Part shown: in pieces, positions 1 through 11,548 of the stretch | Layout: the number at the start of each line of letters is the position of its first letter | How positions within the stretch are numbered: position 1 is the stretch's first letter | Assembly (NCBI RefSeq): GCF_003334335.1 | Contig: NZ_QOWQ01000014.1 | Direction: 5' to 3' (one strand) | DNA length: 64,000 bases | Source: Escherichia coli | GTDB taxonomy: Bacteria > Pseudomonadota > Gammaproteobacteria > Enterobacterales > Enterobacteriaceae | Notes under the pieces: generated by a model | What the model saw: only the letters and a program-made list of their open reading frames with translations | Database searches by the model: none | What the model was told of the DNA's origin: nothing | Program-made: the position numbers and the translations under genes

Positions 1-361
1 GCGCAATTCCGCGCCGCTTCAGTTCACTCTTCAGGGCGGGGGTGAATTGGCTGGTAATAAATGACGGACACAGACGGAAACCACGTCGTAGCCAGTGAAA
101 TAAACACAAACGTTGGTTAAGCACTGTACCTTCAACCCGGTAGCTACCGTCATAACCAGTCGTCAGTGTGAGTTGATGATAGCGCAGGATCTCCCGTCCT
201 GTTTCGCTGATATCAAGACTGGCAATATCATCATCCACACCATTAAGCTCGCTGAAGGTTGCCATGGTGGCGGTCAACCCCGGCTGAAAGAGCGTCAGCA
301 AGATCTGGCAGCGGCGCTGGGGAGCCGAAAGGACAGATGGTGGAGCAAGCGTAGGCATCAT
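1..361 (-). CDS. csiE: CsiE (stationary-phase inducible protein), N-terminal ~120 codons; gene runs off the left window edge
   Basis: Minus-strand translation from the ATG at 359-361 reads MMPTLAPPSVLSAPQRRCQILLTLFQPGL..., recognised as the CsiE N-terminus. Absent from the ORF track because it is truncated by the window edge. Confidence 0.8.
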   Translation of the reverse strand, partial: MMPTLAPPSVLSAPQRRCQILLTLFQPGLTATMATFSELNGVDDDIASLDISETGREILRYHQLTLTTGYDGSYRVEGTVLNQRLCLFHWLRRGFRLCPSFITSQFTPALKSELKRRGIA

Positions 362-551
362 CTGTAGATCTCCCATAAGCATAATTGATAAGAATAGCTA
401 AAGTTTGCTCAAGGAAATGGCGAAGGGAATGCTAATCATCAGAAATGTTGGCAAGCGTCACAGAATTTTTCTCATCTTAAACTGTTCTGACCAGTGGATT
501 AGCATGTCTTAAGGTGGTTTTGTGAATGATTATCGTGCTAGCGATCATGGG

Positions 552-1406
552 TTAGTTCTGCGGATTCAACGCGCTAAGGATAAAGTCCACCATCTGTTCG
601 CGATAAACATCGCCGTGACGATCGGAAAAAGCATCAATGTGTTCGCCATCCGGGATTAGGATCAACCGTTTTGGCTCTTTTGCCAGGCTATACAACTTTT
701 CGCTGTGCTGCCATGGGATAACGTGATCAGCTTTACCGTGAATGAGTAAAAGCGGGATCGGGCTGACGCTGGCGATATAATTTTCGCCGCTGTAACTCTC
801 ATCAAGTAAGTAGCCACTGCCGGGGATCATCTGGTTGGCGATGGTTGCATAAGAGGCAAATGTGGAGTCGAGGATCACCGCACGTATGCCTTCACGATCA
901 CCCCGACCAATAACATCCAGAATATTCGCCCCGCCAATACTCTGCCCGAACAGCACCAGACGTTGTGGGTTTACATCACTGCGATGGCGCACCACATTGA
1001 TGGCACTTTGCGTATCGTCCAGCAATCCGGCCTGGGACGGCGTGCCTTTTGATTTACCAAACCCGCGATAATCAAACATAAAAACGTTGAAATTACGCTC
1101 GGGTAACCAACTGACCAGCGGCCAGTGGGCGGACATATTTCCGGCATTGCCGTGAGCATGAATGATGGTTGCGATGGCGTTGTCAGCAGGGCCCGTCGAA
1201 GAAGGGATAAACCAGCCTTGCAGACGAGTACCGTCCTTAGCCGTAAATTCGACGGATTCCGCCGACCAGGGATCGGGACCGTAAATTTTATCGTCGGGAT
1301 AATAGAAGAAGTTGATGGCAACGCGCGGCACTAAATAAACGCAGAAGGCAACAACAAAGAGAATAAACAGAATTTTGGGAACGCGTTTGTTCACTGGCAG
1401 TGCCAT
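552..1406 (-). CDS. yfhR: YfhR, alpha/beta-hydrolase (S9-like peptidase/esterase) family membrane protein
   Basis: ORF 552..1433 (293 aa). Hydrolase-like HAHGNAG and GQSIGG motifs. Start trimmed to internal ATG (MALPVNKR...) to give the known 284-aa product. Confidence 0.85.
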   Translation of the reverse strand: MALPVNKRVPKILFILFVVAFCVYLVPRVAINFFYYPDDKIYGPDPWSAESVEFTAKDGTRLQGWFIPSSTGPADNAIATIIHAHGNAGNMSAHWPLVSWLPERNFNVFMFDYRGFGKSKGTPSQAGLLDDTQSAINVVRHRSDVNPQRLVLFGQSIGGANILDVIGRGDREGIRAVILDSTFASYATIANQMIPGSGYLLDESYSGENYIASVSPIPLLLIHGKADHVIPWQHSEKLYSLAKEPKRLILIPDGEHIDAFSDRHGDVYREQMVDFILSALNPQN

Positions 1407-1550
1407 AACCTTTCCTTGCGACTTCTTTATCATCCATTAATCGGGGAAAGATGGTGGGAGAGTGACGAAAGAAAGTAAAGCAGTGAGGAAGTATTTCGGA
1501 ATAGCGCCTGAAAGGCGAGGGCGGGTGAGTGATATCACCCGCCTGAGTCA

Positions 1551-2354
1551 TTAACGCTTCAGAGCGTCGCTTAACTCGTCACGCATGTTCGCCAGCATGG
1601 CTTTAACAACGCGCGGGTTACCAGCAACGATGTTACCGGTCAGCATGTAGTTATGACCACCGGTGAAGTCGCTGACGATGCCGCCCGCTTCACGAACCAG
1701 CAGCTCGCCTGCGGCGAAGTCCCACGGGCGCAGACCGATTTCAAAGAAACCGTCAACACGACCCGCAGCGACGTAAGCCAGATCCAGCGCCGCAGAACCG
1801 GTACGACGGAAGTCTGCACATTCGTTGAACAGTTTGCCGACGATGTTGATGTAGGTAGTGGCGTACTGTTTTGCTTTGAACGGGAAGCCGGTCGCCAGAA
1901 TAGTACCGTCGAGATCGCGAGCGGTGCTGCCGCGCAGTCGGTAGCCGTTCAGCTGTGCGCCCTGACCGCGAGTGGCGGTGAACAGTTCGTTACGCATAGG
2001 ATCGTATACCACAGCAACTTCGGTGCGGCCTTTGATACGAACAGCGATAGATACCGCGAAGTGCGGCAGACGTTTGATAAAGTTGGTAGTGCCATCCAGT
2101 GGATCGATAACCCATTGAACATCCTGATCAGTACCTTCAAGTTCACCGCTTTCTTCGGTGATGATGGTGTGCTGTGGGTAAGATTTACGAATCGTGTCGA
2201 TAATCACCGCTTCGGCAGCTTTATCTACGTTGGTCACGAAATCGTTACTGCCTTTCTGGCTCGCTTCTACAGCGTCCGGGGTTTCATAGTTTTTGGCAAT
2301 TAAATTACCCGCCTTGCGCGCTGCGCGCACGGCGATGTTCAGCATCGGATGCAT
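1551..2354 (-). CDS. suhB: Inositol monophosphatase SuhB
   Basis: ORF 267 aa, MHPMLNIAVRAARKAGNLIAK..., IMPase family motifs (DPLDGT, WDFAAG). Confidence 0.95.
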   Translation of the reverse strand: MHPMLNIAVRAARKAGNLIAKNYETPDAVEASQKGSNDFVTNVDKAAEAVIIDTIRKSYPQHTIITEESGELEGTDQDVQWVIDPLDGTTNFIKRLPHFAVSIAVRIKGRTEVAVVYDPMRNELFTATRGQGAQLNGYRLRGSTARDLDGTILATGFPFKAKQYATTYINIVGKLFNECADFRRTGSAALDLAYVAAGRVDGFFEIGLRPWDFAAGELLVREAGGIVSDFTGGHNYMLTGNIVAGNPRVVKAMLANMRDELSDALKR

Positions 2355-2472
2355 CGGTCTCTCTCACTGGATGTTAAAGAACGGGAAAACGGCGCAGAGT
2401 ATAGCAGCGAGATCGGCATCTGTCTTCGTTTTATGATAAGATGCGTGAATAATCTTTAGATGAAGAAAGACA

Positions 2473-3213
2473 ATGCTGCAAAATATTCGAATTGTGCTGG
2501 TGGAGACGTCACACACCGGCAATATGGGTTCTGTTGCCCGTGCCATGAAAACAATGGGATTAACCAATCTGTGGCTGGTTAATCCACTGGTGAAACCCGA
2601 CTCCCAGGCGATTGCCCTGGCAGCAGGGGCCAGCGATGTGATTGGTAATGCTCACATCGTCGATACGCTCGACGAAGCGTTAGCCGGTTGTAGCCTGGTG
2701 GTGGGCACCAGCGCACGTTCCCGCACGCTGCCATGGCCGATGCTCGACCCGCGCGAATGCGGCCTGAAAAGCGTCGCTGAAGCGGCAAATACCCCGGTGG
2801 CGCTGGTGTTTGGTCGCGAGCGCGTCGGCTTGACCAATGAAGAGTTGCAGAAATGCCATTATCATGTCGCGATTGCGGCTAACCCGGAATACAGCTCGCT
2901 GAACCTGGCGATGGCGGTTCAGGTTATTGCCTATGAAGTGCGCATGGCCTGGCTGGCAACTCAGGAAAACGGCGAGCAGGTCGAGCATGAAGAGACGCCG
3001 TATCCGCTGGTCGATGATCTGGAGCGTTTTTATGGTCATCTGGAACAAACGCTGCTGGCAACCGGTTTTATCCGTGAAAACCATCCGGGGCAGGTGATGA
3101 ATAAATTGCGCCGTCTGTTTACCCGTGCGCGCCCGGAAAGCCAGGAGTTGAATATCCTGCGCGGGATTCTGGCTTCTATTGAGCAGCAGAATAAAGGTAA
3201 CAAGGCCGAATAA
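2473..3213 (+). CDS. trmJ: tRNA (cytidine/uridine-2'-O)-methyltransferase TrmJ (SpoU family)
   Basis: ORF 246 aa, [30 protein letters not shown]...; sits directly upstream of the isc operon. Confidence 0.95.
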
Positions 3214-3395
<182 letters not shown>

Positions 3396-3440
3396 CAACA
3401 GGTACAAACGCCACGATAAAAAAATGGCACTGAAGGTTAA

Positions 3441-3490
3441 ATACCCGACTAAATCAGTCAAGTAAATAGTTGACCAATTTACTCGGGAAT
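3441..3490 (+). promoter_or_regulatory. Two adjacent IscR type-1 operator sites in the iscR promoter
   Basis: 3441..3465 atacccgactaaatcagtcaagtaa matches the type-1 consensus ATASYYGACTRwwwYAGTCRRSTAT at about 24 of 25 positions. 3466..3490 atagttgaccaatttactcgggaat is a weaker second copy. Both lie 85-135 bp upstream of the iscR ATG. Confidence 0.6.
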
Positions 3491-3573
3491 GTCAGACTTG
3501 ACCCTGCTATGCAATACCCCCACTTTTACAATAAAAAACCCCGGGCAGGGGCGAGTTTGAGGTGAAGTAAGAC

Positions 3574-4062
3574 ATGAGACTGACATCTAAAGGGCGCTAT
3601 GCCGTGACCGCAATGCTTGACGTTGCGCTCAACTCTGAAGCGGGCCCGGTACCGTTGGCTGATATTTCCGAACGTCAGGGAATTTCCCTTTCTTATCTGG
3701 AACAACTGTTTTCCCGTCTGCGTAAAAATGGTCTGGTTTCCAGCGTACGTGGACCAGGCGGTGGTTATCTGTTAGGCAAAGATGCCAGCAGCATCGCCGT
3801 TGGCGAAGTAATTAGCGCCGTTGACGAATCTGTAGATGCCACCCGTTGTCAGGGTAAAGGCGGCTGCCAGGGCGGCGATAAATGCCTGACCCACGCGCTG
3901 TGGCGTGATTTGAGCGACCGTCTCACCGGTTTTCTCAACAACATTACTTTAGGCGAACTGGTTAATAACCAGGAAGTGCTGGATGTGTCTGGTCGTCAGC
4001 ATACTCACGACGCGCCACGCACCCGCACACAAGACGCGATCGACGTTAAGTTACGCGCTTAA
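3574..4062 (+). CDS. iscR: Fe-S cluster regulator IscR (Rrf2 family)
   Basis: ORF 162 aa, [65 protein letters not shown]... Confidence 0.97.
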
Positions 4063-4173
4063 TAAAAAGAATTCAGAATCAGGCCGGAGTGCTAAATACT
4101 CCGTAAACACGGTCGTACATCCAGCCGGTAGCCTGATTCCTTGCATTGAGTGATGTACGGAGTTTATAGAGCA

Positions 4174-5388
4174 ATGAAATTACCGATTTATCTCGACTAC
4201 TCCGCAACCACGCCGGTGGACCCGCGTGTTGCCGAGAAAATGATGCAGTTTATGACGATGGACGGAACCTTTGGTAACCCGGCCTCCCGTTCTCACCGTT
4301 TCGGCTGGCAGGCTGAAGAAGCGGTAGATATCGCCCGTAATCAGATTGCCGATCTGGTCGGCGCTGATCCGCGTGAAATCGTCTTTACCTCTGGTGCAAC
4401 CGAATCTGACAACCTGGCGATCAAAGGTGCAGCCAACTTTTATCAGAAAAAAGGCAAGCACATCATCACCAGCAAAACCGAACACAAAGCGGTACTGGAT
4501 ACCTGCCGTCAGCTGGAGCGCGAAGGTTTTGAAGTCACCTACCTGGCACCGCAGCGTAACGGCATTATCGACCTGAAAGAACTTGAAGCAGCGATGCGTG
4601 ACGACACCATCCTCGTGTCCATCATGCACGTAAATAACGAAATCGGCGTGGTGCAGGATATCGCGGCTATCGGCGAAATGTGCCGTGCTCGTGGCATTAT
4701 CTATCACGTTGATGCAACCCAGAGCGTGGGTAAACTGCCTATCGACCTGAGCCAGTTGAAAGTTGACCTGATGTCTTTCTCCGGTCACAAAATCTATGGC
4801 CCGAAAGGTATCGGTGCGCTGTATGTACGTCGTAAACCGCGCGTACGCATCGAAGCGCAAATGCACGGCGGCGGTCACGAGCGCGGTATGCGTTCCGGCA
4901 CTCTGCCTGTTCACCAGATCGTCGGAATGGGCGAGGCCTATCGCATCGCAAAAGAAGAGATGGCGACCGAGATGGAACGTCTGCGCGGCCTGCGTAACCG
5001 TCTGTGGAACGGCATCAAAGATATCGAAGAAGTTTACCTGAACGGTGACCTGGAACACGGTGCGCCGAACATTCTCAACGTCAGCTTCAACTACGTTGAA
5101 GGTGAGTCGCTGATTATGGCGCTGAAAGACCTCGCAGTTTCTTCAGGTTCCGCCTGTACGTCAGCAAGCCTCGAACCGTCCTACGTGCTGCGCGCGCTGG
5201 GGCTGAACGACGAGCTGGCACATAGCTCTATCCGTTTCTCTTTAGGTCGTTTTACTACTGAAGAAGAGATCGACTACACCATCGAGTTAGTTCGTAAATC
5301 CATCGGTCGTCTGCGTGACCTTTCTCCGCTGTGGGAAATGTACAAGCAGGGCGTGGATCTGAACAGCATCGAATGGGCTCATCATTAA
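4174..5388 (+). CDS. iscS: Cysteine desulfurase IscS
   Basis: ORF 4150..5388. Start trimmed to ATG at 4174 ([19 protein letters not shown]...) for the 404-aa product. PLP-lysine context [12 protein letters not shown] and active-site SSGSACTS present. Confidence 0.96.
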
Positions 5389-5415
5389 TCGGTATCGGAA
5401 TCAGGAGAATTTATA

Positions 5416-5802
5416 ATGGCTTACAGCGAAAAAGTTATCGACCATTACGAGAATCCGCGTAACGTGGGTTCCTTTGACAACAACGACGAGAACGTCGGCA
5501 GCGGCATGGTGGGGGCACCGGCCTGTGGCGACGTGATGAAGTTGCAGATTAAAGTCAACGATGAAGGTATCATTGAAGACGCGCGTTTTAAAACTTACGG
5601 CTGCGGTTCCGCTATCGCTTCCAGCTCCCTGGTCACCGAATGGGTGAAAGGGAAGTCTCTCGACGAAGCGCAGGCGATCAAAAACACCGATATTGCTGAA
5701 GAACTTGAACTGCCGCCGGTGAAAATTCACTGTTCTATTCTGGCAGAAGACGCGATCAAAGCCGCCATTGCGGACTATAAAAGCAAACGTGAAGCAAAAT
5801 AA
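5416..5802 (+). CDS. iscU: Fe-S scaffold IscU
   Basis: ORF 128 aa, MAYSEKVIDHYENPRNVGS...; conserved cysteines and LPPVK motif. Confidence 0.97.
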   Translation: MAYSEKVIDHYENPRNVGSFDNNDENVGSGMVGAPACGDVMKLQIKVNDEGIIEDARFKTYGCGSAIASSSLVTEWVKGKSLDEAQAIKNTDIAEELELPPVKIHCSILAEDAIKAAIADYKSKREAK

Positions 5803-5818
5803 GAGTTGAGGTTTGGTT

Positions 5819-6142
5819 ATGTCGATTACACTGAGCGACAGTGCAGCAGCGCGAGTAAATACCTTTCTGGCTAACCGCGGTAAAGGGTTTGGCCTGCGTC
5901 TGGGCGTGAGAACCTCCGGGTGTTCAGGTATGGCTTATGTACTGGAATTTGTTGACGAACCGACGCCGGAAGACATCGTGTTTGAAGACAAAGGCGTGAA
6001 AGTCGTGGTCGATGGCAAGAGCCTGCAATTTCTGGACGGTACGCAGCTGGACTTCGTAAAAGAAGGCCTGAACGAAGGGTTTAAATTCACCAACCCGAAC
6101 GTCAAAGATGAGTGTGGTTGCGGCGAAAGCTTCCACGTTTGA
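5819..6142 (+). CDS. iscA: Fe-S carrier IscA
   Basis: Track ORF starts at a TTG at 5813. The ATG at 5819 gives [13 protein letters not shown]... (107 aa), with C-terminal CGCGESF. Confidence 0.95.
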   Translation: MSITLSDSAAARVNTFLANRGKGFGLRLGVRTSGCSGMAYVLEFVDEPTPEDIVFEDKGVKVVVDGKSLQFLDGTQLDFVKEGLNEGFKFTNPNVKDECGCGESFHV

Positions 6143-6237
6143 TGCGCATACCGATAACCCCACCGTGGTCGCCTGCGCGTGGGGTTTGTTTTACCTGATT
6201 CGCCGTTATCGCGGCGGATCGCAGCCCTGAGAATGTT

Positions 6238-6753
6238 ATGGATTACTTCACCCTCTTTGGCTTGCCTGCCCGCTATCAACTCGATACCCAGGCGCTGAGC
6301 CTGCGTTTTCAGGATCTACAACGTCAGTATCATCCTGATAAATTCGCCAGCGGAAGCCAGGCGGAACAACTCGCCGCCGTACAGCAATCTGCAACCATTA
6401 ACCAGGCCTGGCAAACGCTGCGTCATCCGTTAATGCGCGCGGAATATTTGCTTTCTTTGCACGGCTTTGATCTCGCCAGCGAGCAGCATACTGTGCGCGA
6501 CACCGCGTTCCTGATGGAACAGTTGGAGCTGCGCGAAGAGCTGGACGAGATCGAACAGGCGAAAGATGAAGCGCGGCTGGAAAGCTTTATCAAACGTGTG
6601 AAAAAGATGTTTGATACCCGCCATCAGTTGATGGTTGAACAGTTAGACAACGAGACGTGGGACGCGGCGGCGGATACCGTGCGTAAGCTGCGTTTTCTCG
6701 ATAAACTGCGAAGCAGTGCCGAACAACTCGAAGAAAAACTGCTCGATTTTTAA
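6238..6753 (+). CDS. hscB: Co-chaperone HscB (J-domain)
   Basis: ORF 171 aa, [36 protein letters not shown]... Confidence 0.95.
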
Positions 6754-6769
6754 TTTCTGGAAGCTAAAC

Positions 6770-8620
6770 ATGGCCTTATTACAAATTAGTGAACCTGGTT
6801 TGAGTGCTGCGCCGCATCAGCGTCGTCTGGCGGCCGGTATTGACCTGGGCACAACCAACTCGCTGGTGGCGACAGTGCGCAGCGGTCAGGCCGAAACGTT
6901 AGCCGATCATGAAGGCCGTCACCTGCTGCCATCTGTTGTTCACTATCAACAGCAAGGGCATTCGGTGGGTTATGACGCGCGTACTAATGCAGCGCTCGAT
7001 ACCGCCAACACAATTAGTTCTGTTAAACGCCTGATGGGACGCTCGCTGGCTGATATCCAGCAACGCTATCCGCATCTGCCTTATCAATTCCAGGCCAGCG
7101 AAAACGGCCTGCCGATGATTGAAACGGCGGCGGGGCTGCTGAACCCGGTGCGCGTTTCTGCGGACATCCTCAAAGCACTGGCGGCGCGGGCAACTGAAGC
7201 CCTGGCAGGCGAGCTGGATGGTGTAGTTATCACCGTTCCGGCGTACTTTGACGATGCCCAGCGTCAGGGCACCAAAGACGCGGCGCGTCTGGCGGGCCTT
7301 CACGTCCTGCGCTTACTTAACGAACCGACCGCTGCGGCTATCGCCTACGGGCTGGATTCCGGTCAGGAAGGCGTGATCGCCGTTTATGACCTCGGTGGCG
7401 GGACGTTTGATATTTCCATTCTGCGCTTAAGTCGCGGCGTGTTTGAAGTGCTGGCAACCGGCGGTGATTCCGCGCTCGGCGGCGATGATTTCGACCATCT
7501 GCTGGCGGATTACATTCGCGAGCAGGCGGGCATTCCTGATCGTAGCGATAACCGCGTTCAGCGTGAACTGCTGGATGCCGCCATTGCAGCCAAAATCGCG
7601 CTGAGCGATGCGGACTCCGTGACCGTTAACGTTGCGGGCTGGCAGGGCGAAATCAGCCGTGAACAATTCAATGAACTGATCGCGCCACTGGTAAAACGAA
7701 CCTTACTGGCTTGTCGTCGCGCGCTGAAAGACGCGGGTGTAGAAGCTGATGAAGTGCTGGAAGTGGTGATGGTGGGCGGTTCTACTCGCGTGCCGCTGGT
7801 GCGTGAACGGGTAGGCGAATTTTTCGGTCGTCCACCGCTGACTTCCATCGACCCGGATAAAGTCGTCGCTATTGGCGCGGCGATTCAGGCGGATATTCTG
7901 GTGGGTAACAAGCCAGACAGCGAAATGCTGTTGCTTGATGTGATCCCACTGTCGCTGGGCCTCGAAACGATGGGCGGCCTGGTGGAGAAAGTGATTCCGC
8001 GTAATACCACTATTCCGGTGGCCCGCGCTCAGGATTTCACCACCTTTAAAGATGGTCAGACGGCGATGTCTATCCATGTAATGCAGGGTGAGCGCGAACT
8101 GGTGCAGGACTGCCGCTCACTGGCGCGTTTTGCGCTGCGTGGTATTCCGGCGCTACCGGCTGGCGGTGCGCATATTCGCGTGACGTTCCAGGTCGATGCC
8201 GACGGTCTTTTGAGCGTGACGGCGATGGAGAAATCCACCGGCGTTGAGGCGTCTATTCAGGTCAAACCGTCTTACGGTCTGACCGATAGCGAAATCGCTT
8301 CGATGATCAAAGACTCAATGAGCTATGCCGAGCAGGACGTAAAAGCCCGAATGCTGGCAGAACAAAAAGTAGAAGCGGCGCGTGTGCTGGAAAGTCTGCA
8401 CGGCGCGCTGGCTGCTGATGCCGCGCTGTTAAGCGCCGCAGAACGTCAGGTCATTGACGATGCTGCCGCTCACCTGAGTGAAGTGGCGCAGGGCGATGAT
8501 GTTGACGCCATCGAACAAGCGATTAAAAACGTAGACAAACAAACCCAGGATTTCGCCGCTCGCCGCATGGACCAGTCGGTTCGTCGTGCGCTGAAAGGCC
8601 ATTCCGTGGACGAGGTTTAA
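6770..8620 (+). CDS. hscA: Hsp70-type chaperone HscA
   Basis: ORF 6716..8620. Start trimmed to ATG at 6770 ([15 protein letters not shown]...) for 616 aa. Hsp70 motifs IDLGTTNS and DLGGGTFD. Confidence 0.95.
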
Positions 8621-8621
8621 T

Positions 8622-8957
8622 ATGCCAAAGATTGTTATTTTGCCTCATCAGGATCTCTGCCCTGATGGCGCTGTTCTGGAAGCTAATAGCGGTGAAACCA
8701 TTCTCGACGCAGCTCTGCGTAACGGTATCGAGATTGAACACGCCTGTGAAAAATCCTGTGCTTGCACCACCTGCCACTGCATCGTTCGTGAAGGTTTTGA
8801 CTCACTGCCGGAAAGCTCAGAGCAGGAAGACGACATGCTGGACAAAGCCTGGGGACTGGAGCCGGAAAGCCGTTTAAGCTGCCAGGCGCGCGTTACCGAC
8901 GAAGATTTAGTAGTCGAAATCCCGCGTTACACTATCAACCATGCGCGTGAGCATTAA
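8622..8957 (+). CDS. fdx: [2Fe-2S] ferredoxin Fdx
   Basis: ORF 111 aa, [53 protein letters not shown]... Confidence 0.95.
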
Positions 8958-8968
8958 CAGAGGTTAGT

Positions 8969-9169
8969 ATGGGACTTAAGTGGACCGATAGCCGCGAAAT
9001 TGGCGAAGCACTGTACGATGCGTATCCCGATCTTGATCCGAAAACGGTTCGATTCACCGATATGCATCAGTGGATTTGCGATCTGGAAGATTTCGACGAC
9101 GACCCGCAGGCATCCAACGAGAAAATCCTCGAAGCGATTTTGTTAGTCTGGCTGGACGAGGCCGAATAA
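8969..9169 (+). CDS. iscX: IscX (YfhJ), small acidic Fe-S assembly protein
   Basis: ORF 66 aa, [66 protein letters not shown]. Confidence 0.93.
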
Positions 9170-9346
9170 TTTCCGCGTCATGCTTCACGCCGCAGATGCG
9201 TTGGCTGCGCTCGTTCACCCCAGTCACATAGTTATCTATGCTCCTGGGGCTTCACTCACTTGCCGCCTTCCTGCAACGCGAATCATTTAGCGGAAAAATC
9301 CTGGGGCTGCCAACTGGCGGCCCTTTTACAAAGAAGGATAACTAAA

Positions 9347-10630
9347 ATGACAGAAGCGATGAAGATTACCCTCTCTACCCAACCTGCCGACGCGCGCTGG
9401 GGAGAAAAAGCAACTTACAGCATTAATAATGACGGCATTACCCTGCATTTGAACGGGGCAGACGATCTGGGGCTGATCCAGCGTGCGGCGCGCAAGATTG
9501 ACGGTCTGGGCATCAAGCATGTTCAGTTAAGCGGTGAAGGCTGGGATGCGGATCGCTGCTGGGCATTCTGGCAAGGTTACAAAGCCCCGAAAGGCACGCG
9601 TAAAGTGGTGTGGCCGGATCTGGACGATGCCCAGCGCCAGGAACTGGATAACCGCCTGATGATCATCGACTGGGTGCGTGACACCATCAACGCACCGGCA
9701 GAAGAATTGGGACCATCGCAACTGGCACAGCGTGCTGTTGATCTGATCAGCAACGTCGCGGGCGATCGTGTGACTTATCGGATCACCAAAGGCGAAGATC
9801 TGCGTGAGCAAGGTTATATGGGGCTGCACACAGTCGGACGCGGTTCAGAACGTTCTCCGGTATTGCTGGCGCTGGATTACAACCCAACTGGCGATAAAGA
9901 AGCGCCAGTGTACGCGTGCCTGGTAGGTAAAGGTATCACTTTTGACTCCGGCGGCTACAGCATCAAACAGACTGCGTTTATGGACTCGATGAAGTCGGAC
10001 ATGGGCGGCGCGGCAACGGTTACCGGGGCGCTGGCATTTGCCATTACGCGCGGACTGAACAAGCGCGTGAAGCTGTTCCTCTGCTGTGCGGATAACCTGA
10101 TTAGCGGCAATGCGTTCAAGCTGGGCGATATCATCACCTATCGCAACGGTAAAAAAGTTGAAGTGATGAACACTGATGCCGAAGGGCGTCTGGTGCTTGC
10201 CGATGGTCTGATTGATGCCAGTGCGCAGAAACCGGAAATGATCATTGATGCGGCGACCCTCACCGGGGTGGCGAAAACTGCGCTGGGTAATGATTATCAC
10301 GCGCTGTTCAGTTTTGACGATGCGCTGGCCGGTCGCTTGCTGGCGAGTGCCGCGCAGGAGAACGAACCGTTCTGGCGTCTGCCGCTGGCGGAGTTCCACC
10401 GCAGCCAGCTGCCGTCTAACTTTGCCGAACTGAACAATACCGGAAGCGCGGCGTATCCGGCAGGCGCGAGCACGGCGGCGGGCTTCCTGTCGCACTTTGT
10501 TGAGAACTATCAGCAAGGCTGGCTGCATATCGACTGCTCGGCGACTTACCGTAAAGCGCCGGTTGAACAGTGGTCTGCGGGCGCTACGGGACTTGGTGTG
10601 CGCACGATAGCTAATCTGTTAACGGCGTAA
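9347..10630 (+). CDS. pepB: Peptidase B (M17 leucyl aminopeptidase family)
   Basis: ORF 9260..10630. Start trimmed to ATG at 9347 ([21 protein letters not shown]...) for 427 aa. M17 motif NTDAEGRL. Confidence 0.93.
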   Translation: MTEAMKITLSTQPADARWGEKATYSINNDGITLHLNGADDLGLIQRAARKIDGLGIKHVQLSGEGWDADRCWAFWQGYKAPKGTRKVVWPDLDDAQRQELDNRLMIIDWVRDTINAPAEELGPSQLAQRAVDLISNVAGDRVTYRITKGEDLREQGYMGLHTVGRGSERSPVLLALDYNPTGDKEAPVYACLVGKGITFDSGGYSIKQTAFMDSMKSDMGGAATVTGALAFAITRGLNKRVKLFLCCADNLISGNAFKLGDIITYRNGKKVEVMNTDAEGRLVLADGLIDASAQKPEMIIDAATLTGVAKTALGNDYHALFSFDDALAGRLLASAAQENEPFWRLPLAEFHRSQLPSNFAELNNTGSAAYPAGASTAAGFLSHFVENYQQGWLHIDCSATYRKAPVEQWSAGATGLGVRTIANLLTA

Positions 10631-10638
10631 ACTAATAT

Positions 10639-10736
<98 letters not shown>

Positions 10737-10771
10737 TTTGCGCCCCGAACGTTGAATGAATTGTGGTTCTT

Positions 10772-11548
10772 ATGTCCGAAACAAAAAACGAACTTGAAGA
10801 CCTGCTGGAAAAAGCAGCAACTGAACCGGCGCACCGCCCGGCCTTTTTCCGTACTCTACTGGAATCCACCGTCTGGGTGCCTGGTACGGCGGCGCAGGGC
10901 GAGGCTGTGGTTGAAGATAGCGCGCTTGATTTACAGCACTGGGAAAAAGAAGACGGCACCAGCGTCATTCCTTTTTTCACCTCGTTAGAAGCACTTCAAC
11001 AGGCGGTTGAAGACGAACAGGCATTTGTCGTAATGCCCGTTCGCACGCTGTTTGAGATGACACTTGGCGAAACGCTCTTCCTTAATGCCAAAATGCCAAC
11101 CGGTAAAGAATTTATGCCGCGTGAAATCAGTTTGTTGATTGGTGAAGAGGGAAATCCGCTGAGCAGCCAGGAAATCCTGGAAGGCGGTGAATCGCTGATA
11201 TTATCGGAAGTCGCAGAGCCGCCAGCACAAATGATTGATTCACTCACCACCTTATTTAAAACCATTAAGCCGGTGAAGCGTGCTTTTATTTGTTCAATTA
11301 AAGAGAACGAAGAGGCACAGCCTAATTTACTTATTGGCATTGAAGCCGATGGTGATATCGAAGAAATTATTCAGGCGACGGGAAGTGTAGCGACCGATAC
11401 ATTACCTGGCGATGAACCAATCGATATTTGTCAGGTGAAAAAAGGGGAAAAAGGAATTAGCCACTTTATTACCGAACATATTGCGCCATTCTATGAACGT
11501 CGCTGGGGTGGTTTTTTGCGTGACTTTAAACAGAATCGGATAATCTAA
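10772..11548 (+). CDS. sseB: SseB (enhanced serine sensitivity protein B)
   Basis: Track ORF starts at GTG 10763. ATG at 10772 gives MSETKNELEDLLEKAATEPAHRPAFFRTL... (258 aa). Confidence 0.9.
   Translation: MSETKNELEDLLEKAATEPAHRPAFFRTLLESTVWVPGTAAQGEAVVEDSALDLQHWEKEDGTSVIPFFTSLEALQQAVEDEQAFVVMPVRTLFEMTLGETLFLNAKMPTGKEFMPREISLLIGEEGNPLSSQEILEGGESLILSEVAEPPAQMIDSLTTLFKTIKPVKRAFICSIKENEEAQPNLLIGIEADGDIEEIIQATGSVATDTLPGDEPIDICQVKKGEKGISHFITEHIAPFYERRWGGFLRDFKQNRII

Noticed and set aside
113-367. 84-aa plus-strand ORF at the left edge
   Set aside because: It is antisense to the csiE N-terminus, which reads cleanly on the minus strand. No independent signals.
1653-2303. 216-aa ORF antisense within suhB
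   Set aside because: Shadow ORF inside a well-supported gene. The same applies to 4180..5058 (iscS), 9845..10528 (pepB), 31638..32393 and 32394..33053 (guaB), 33167..34030 (guaA), 44722..45627 (upp), 46621..47319 (hda region) and 55788..56372 (hyfG).
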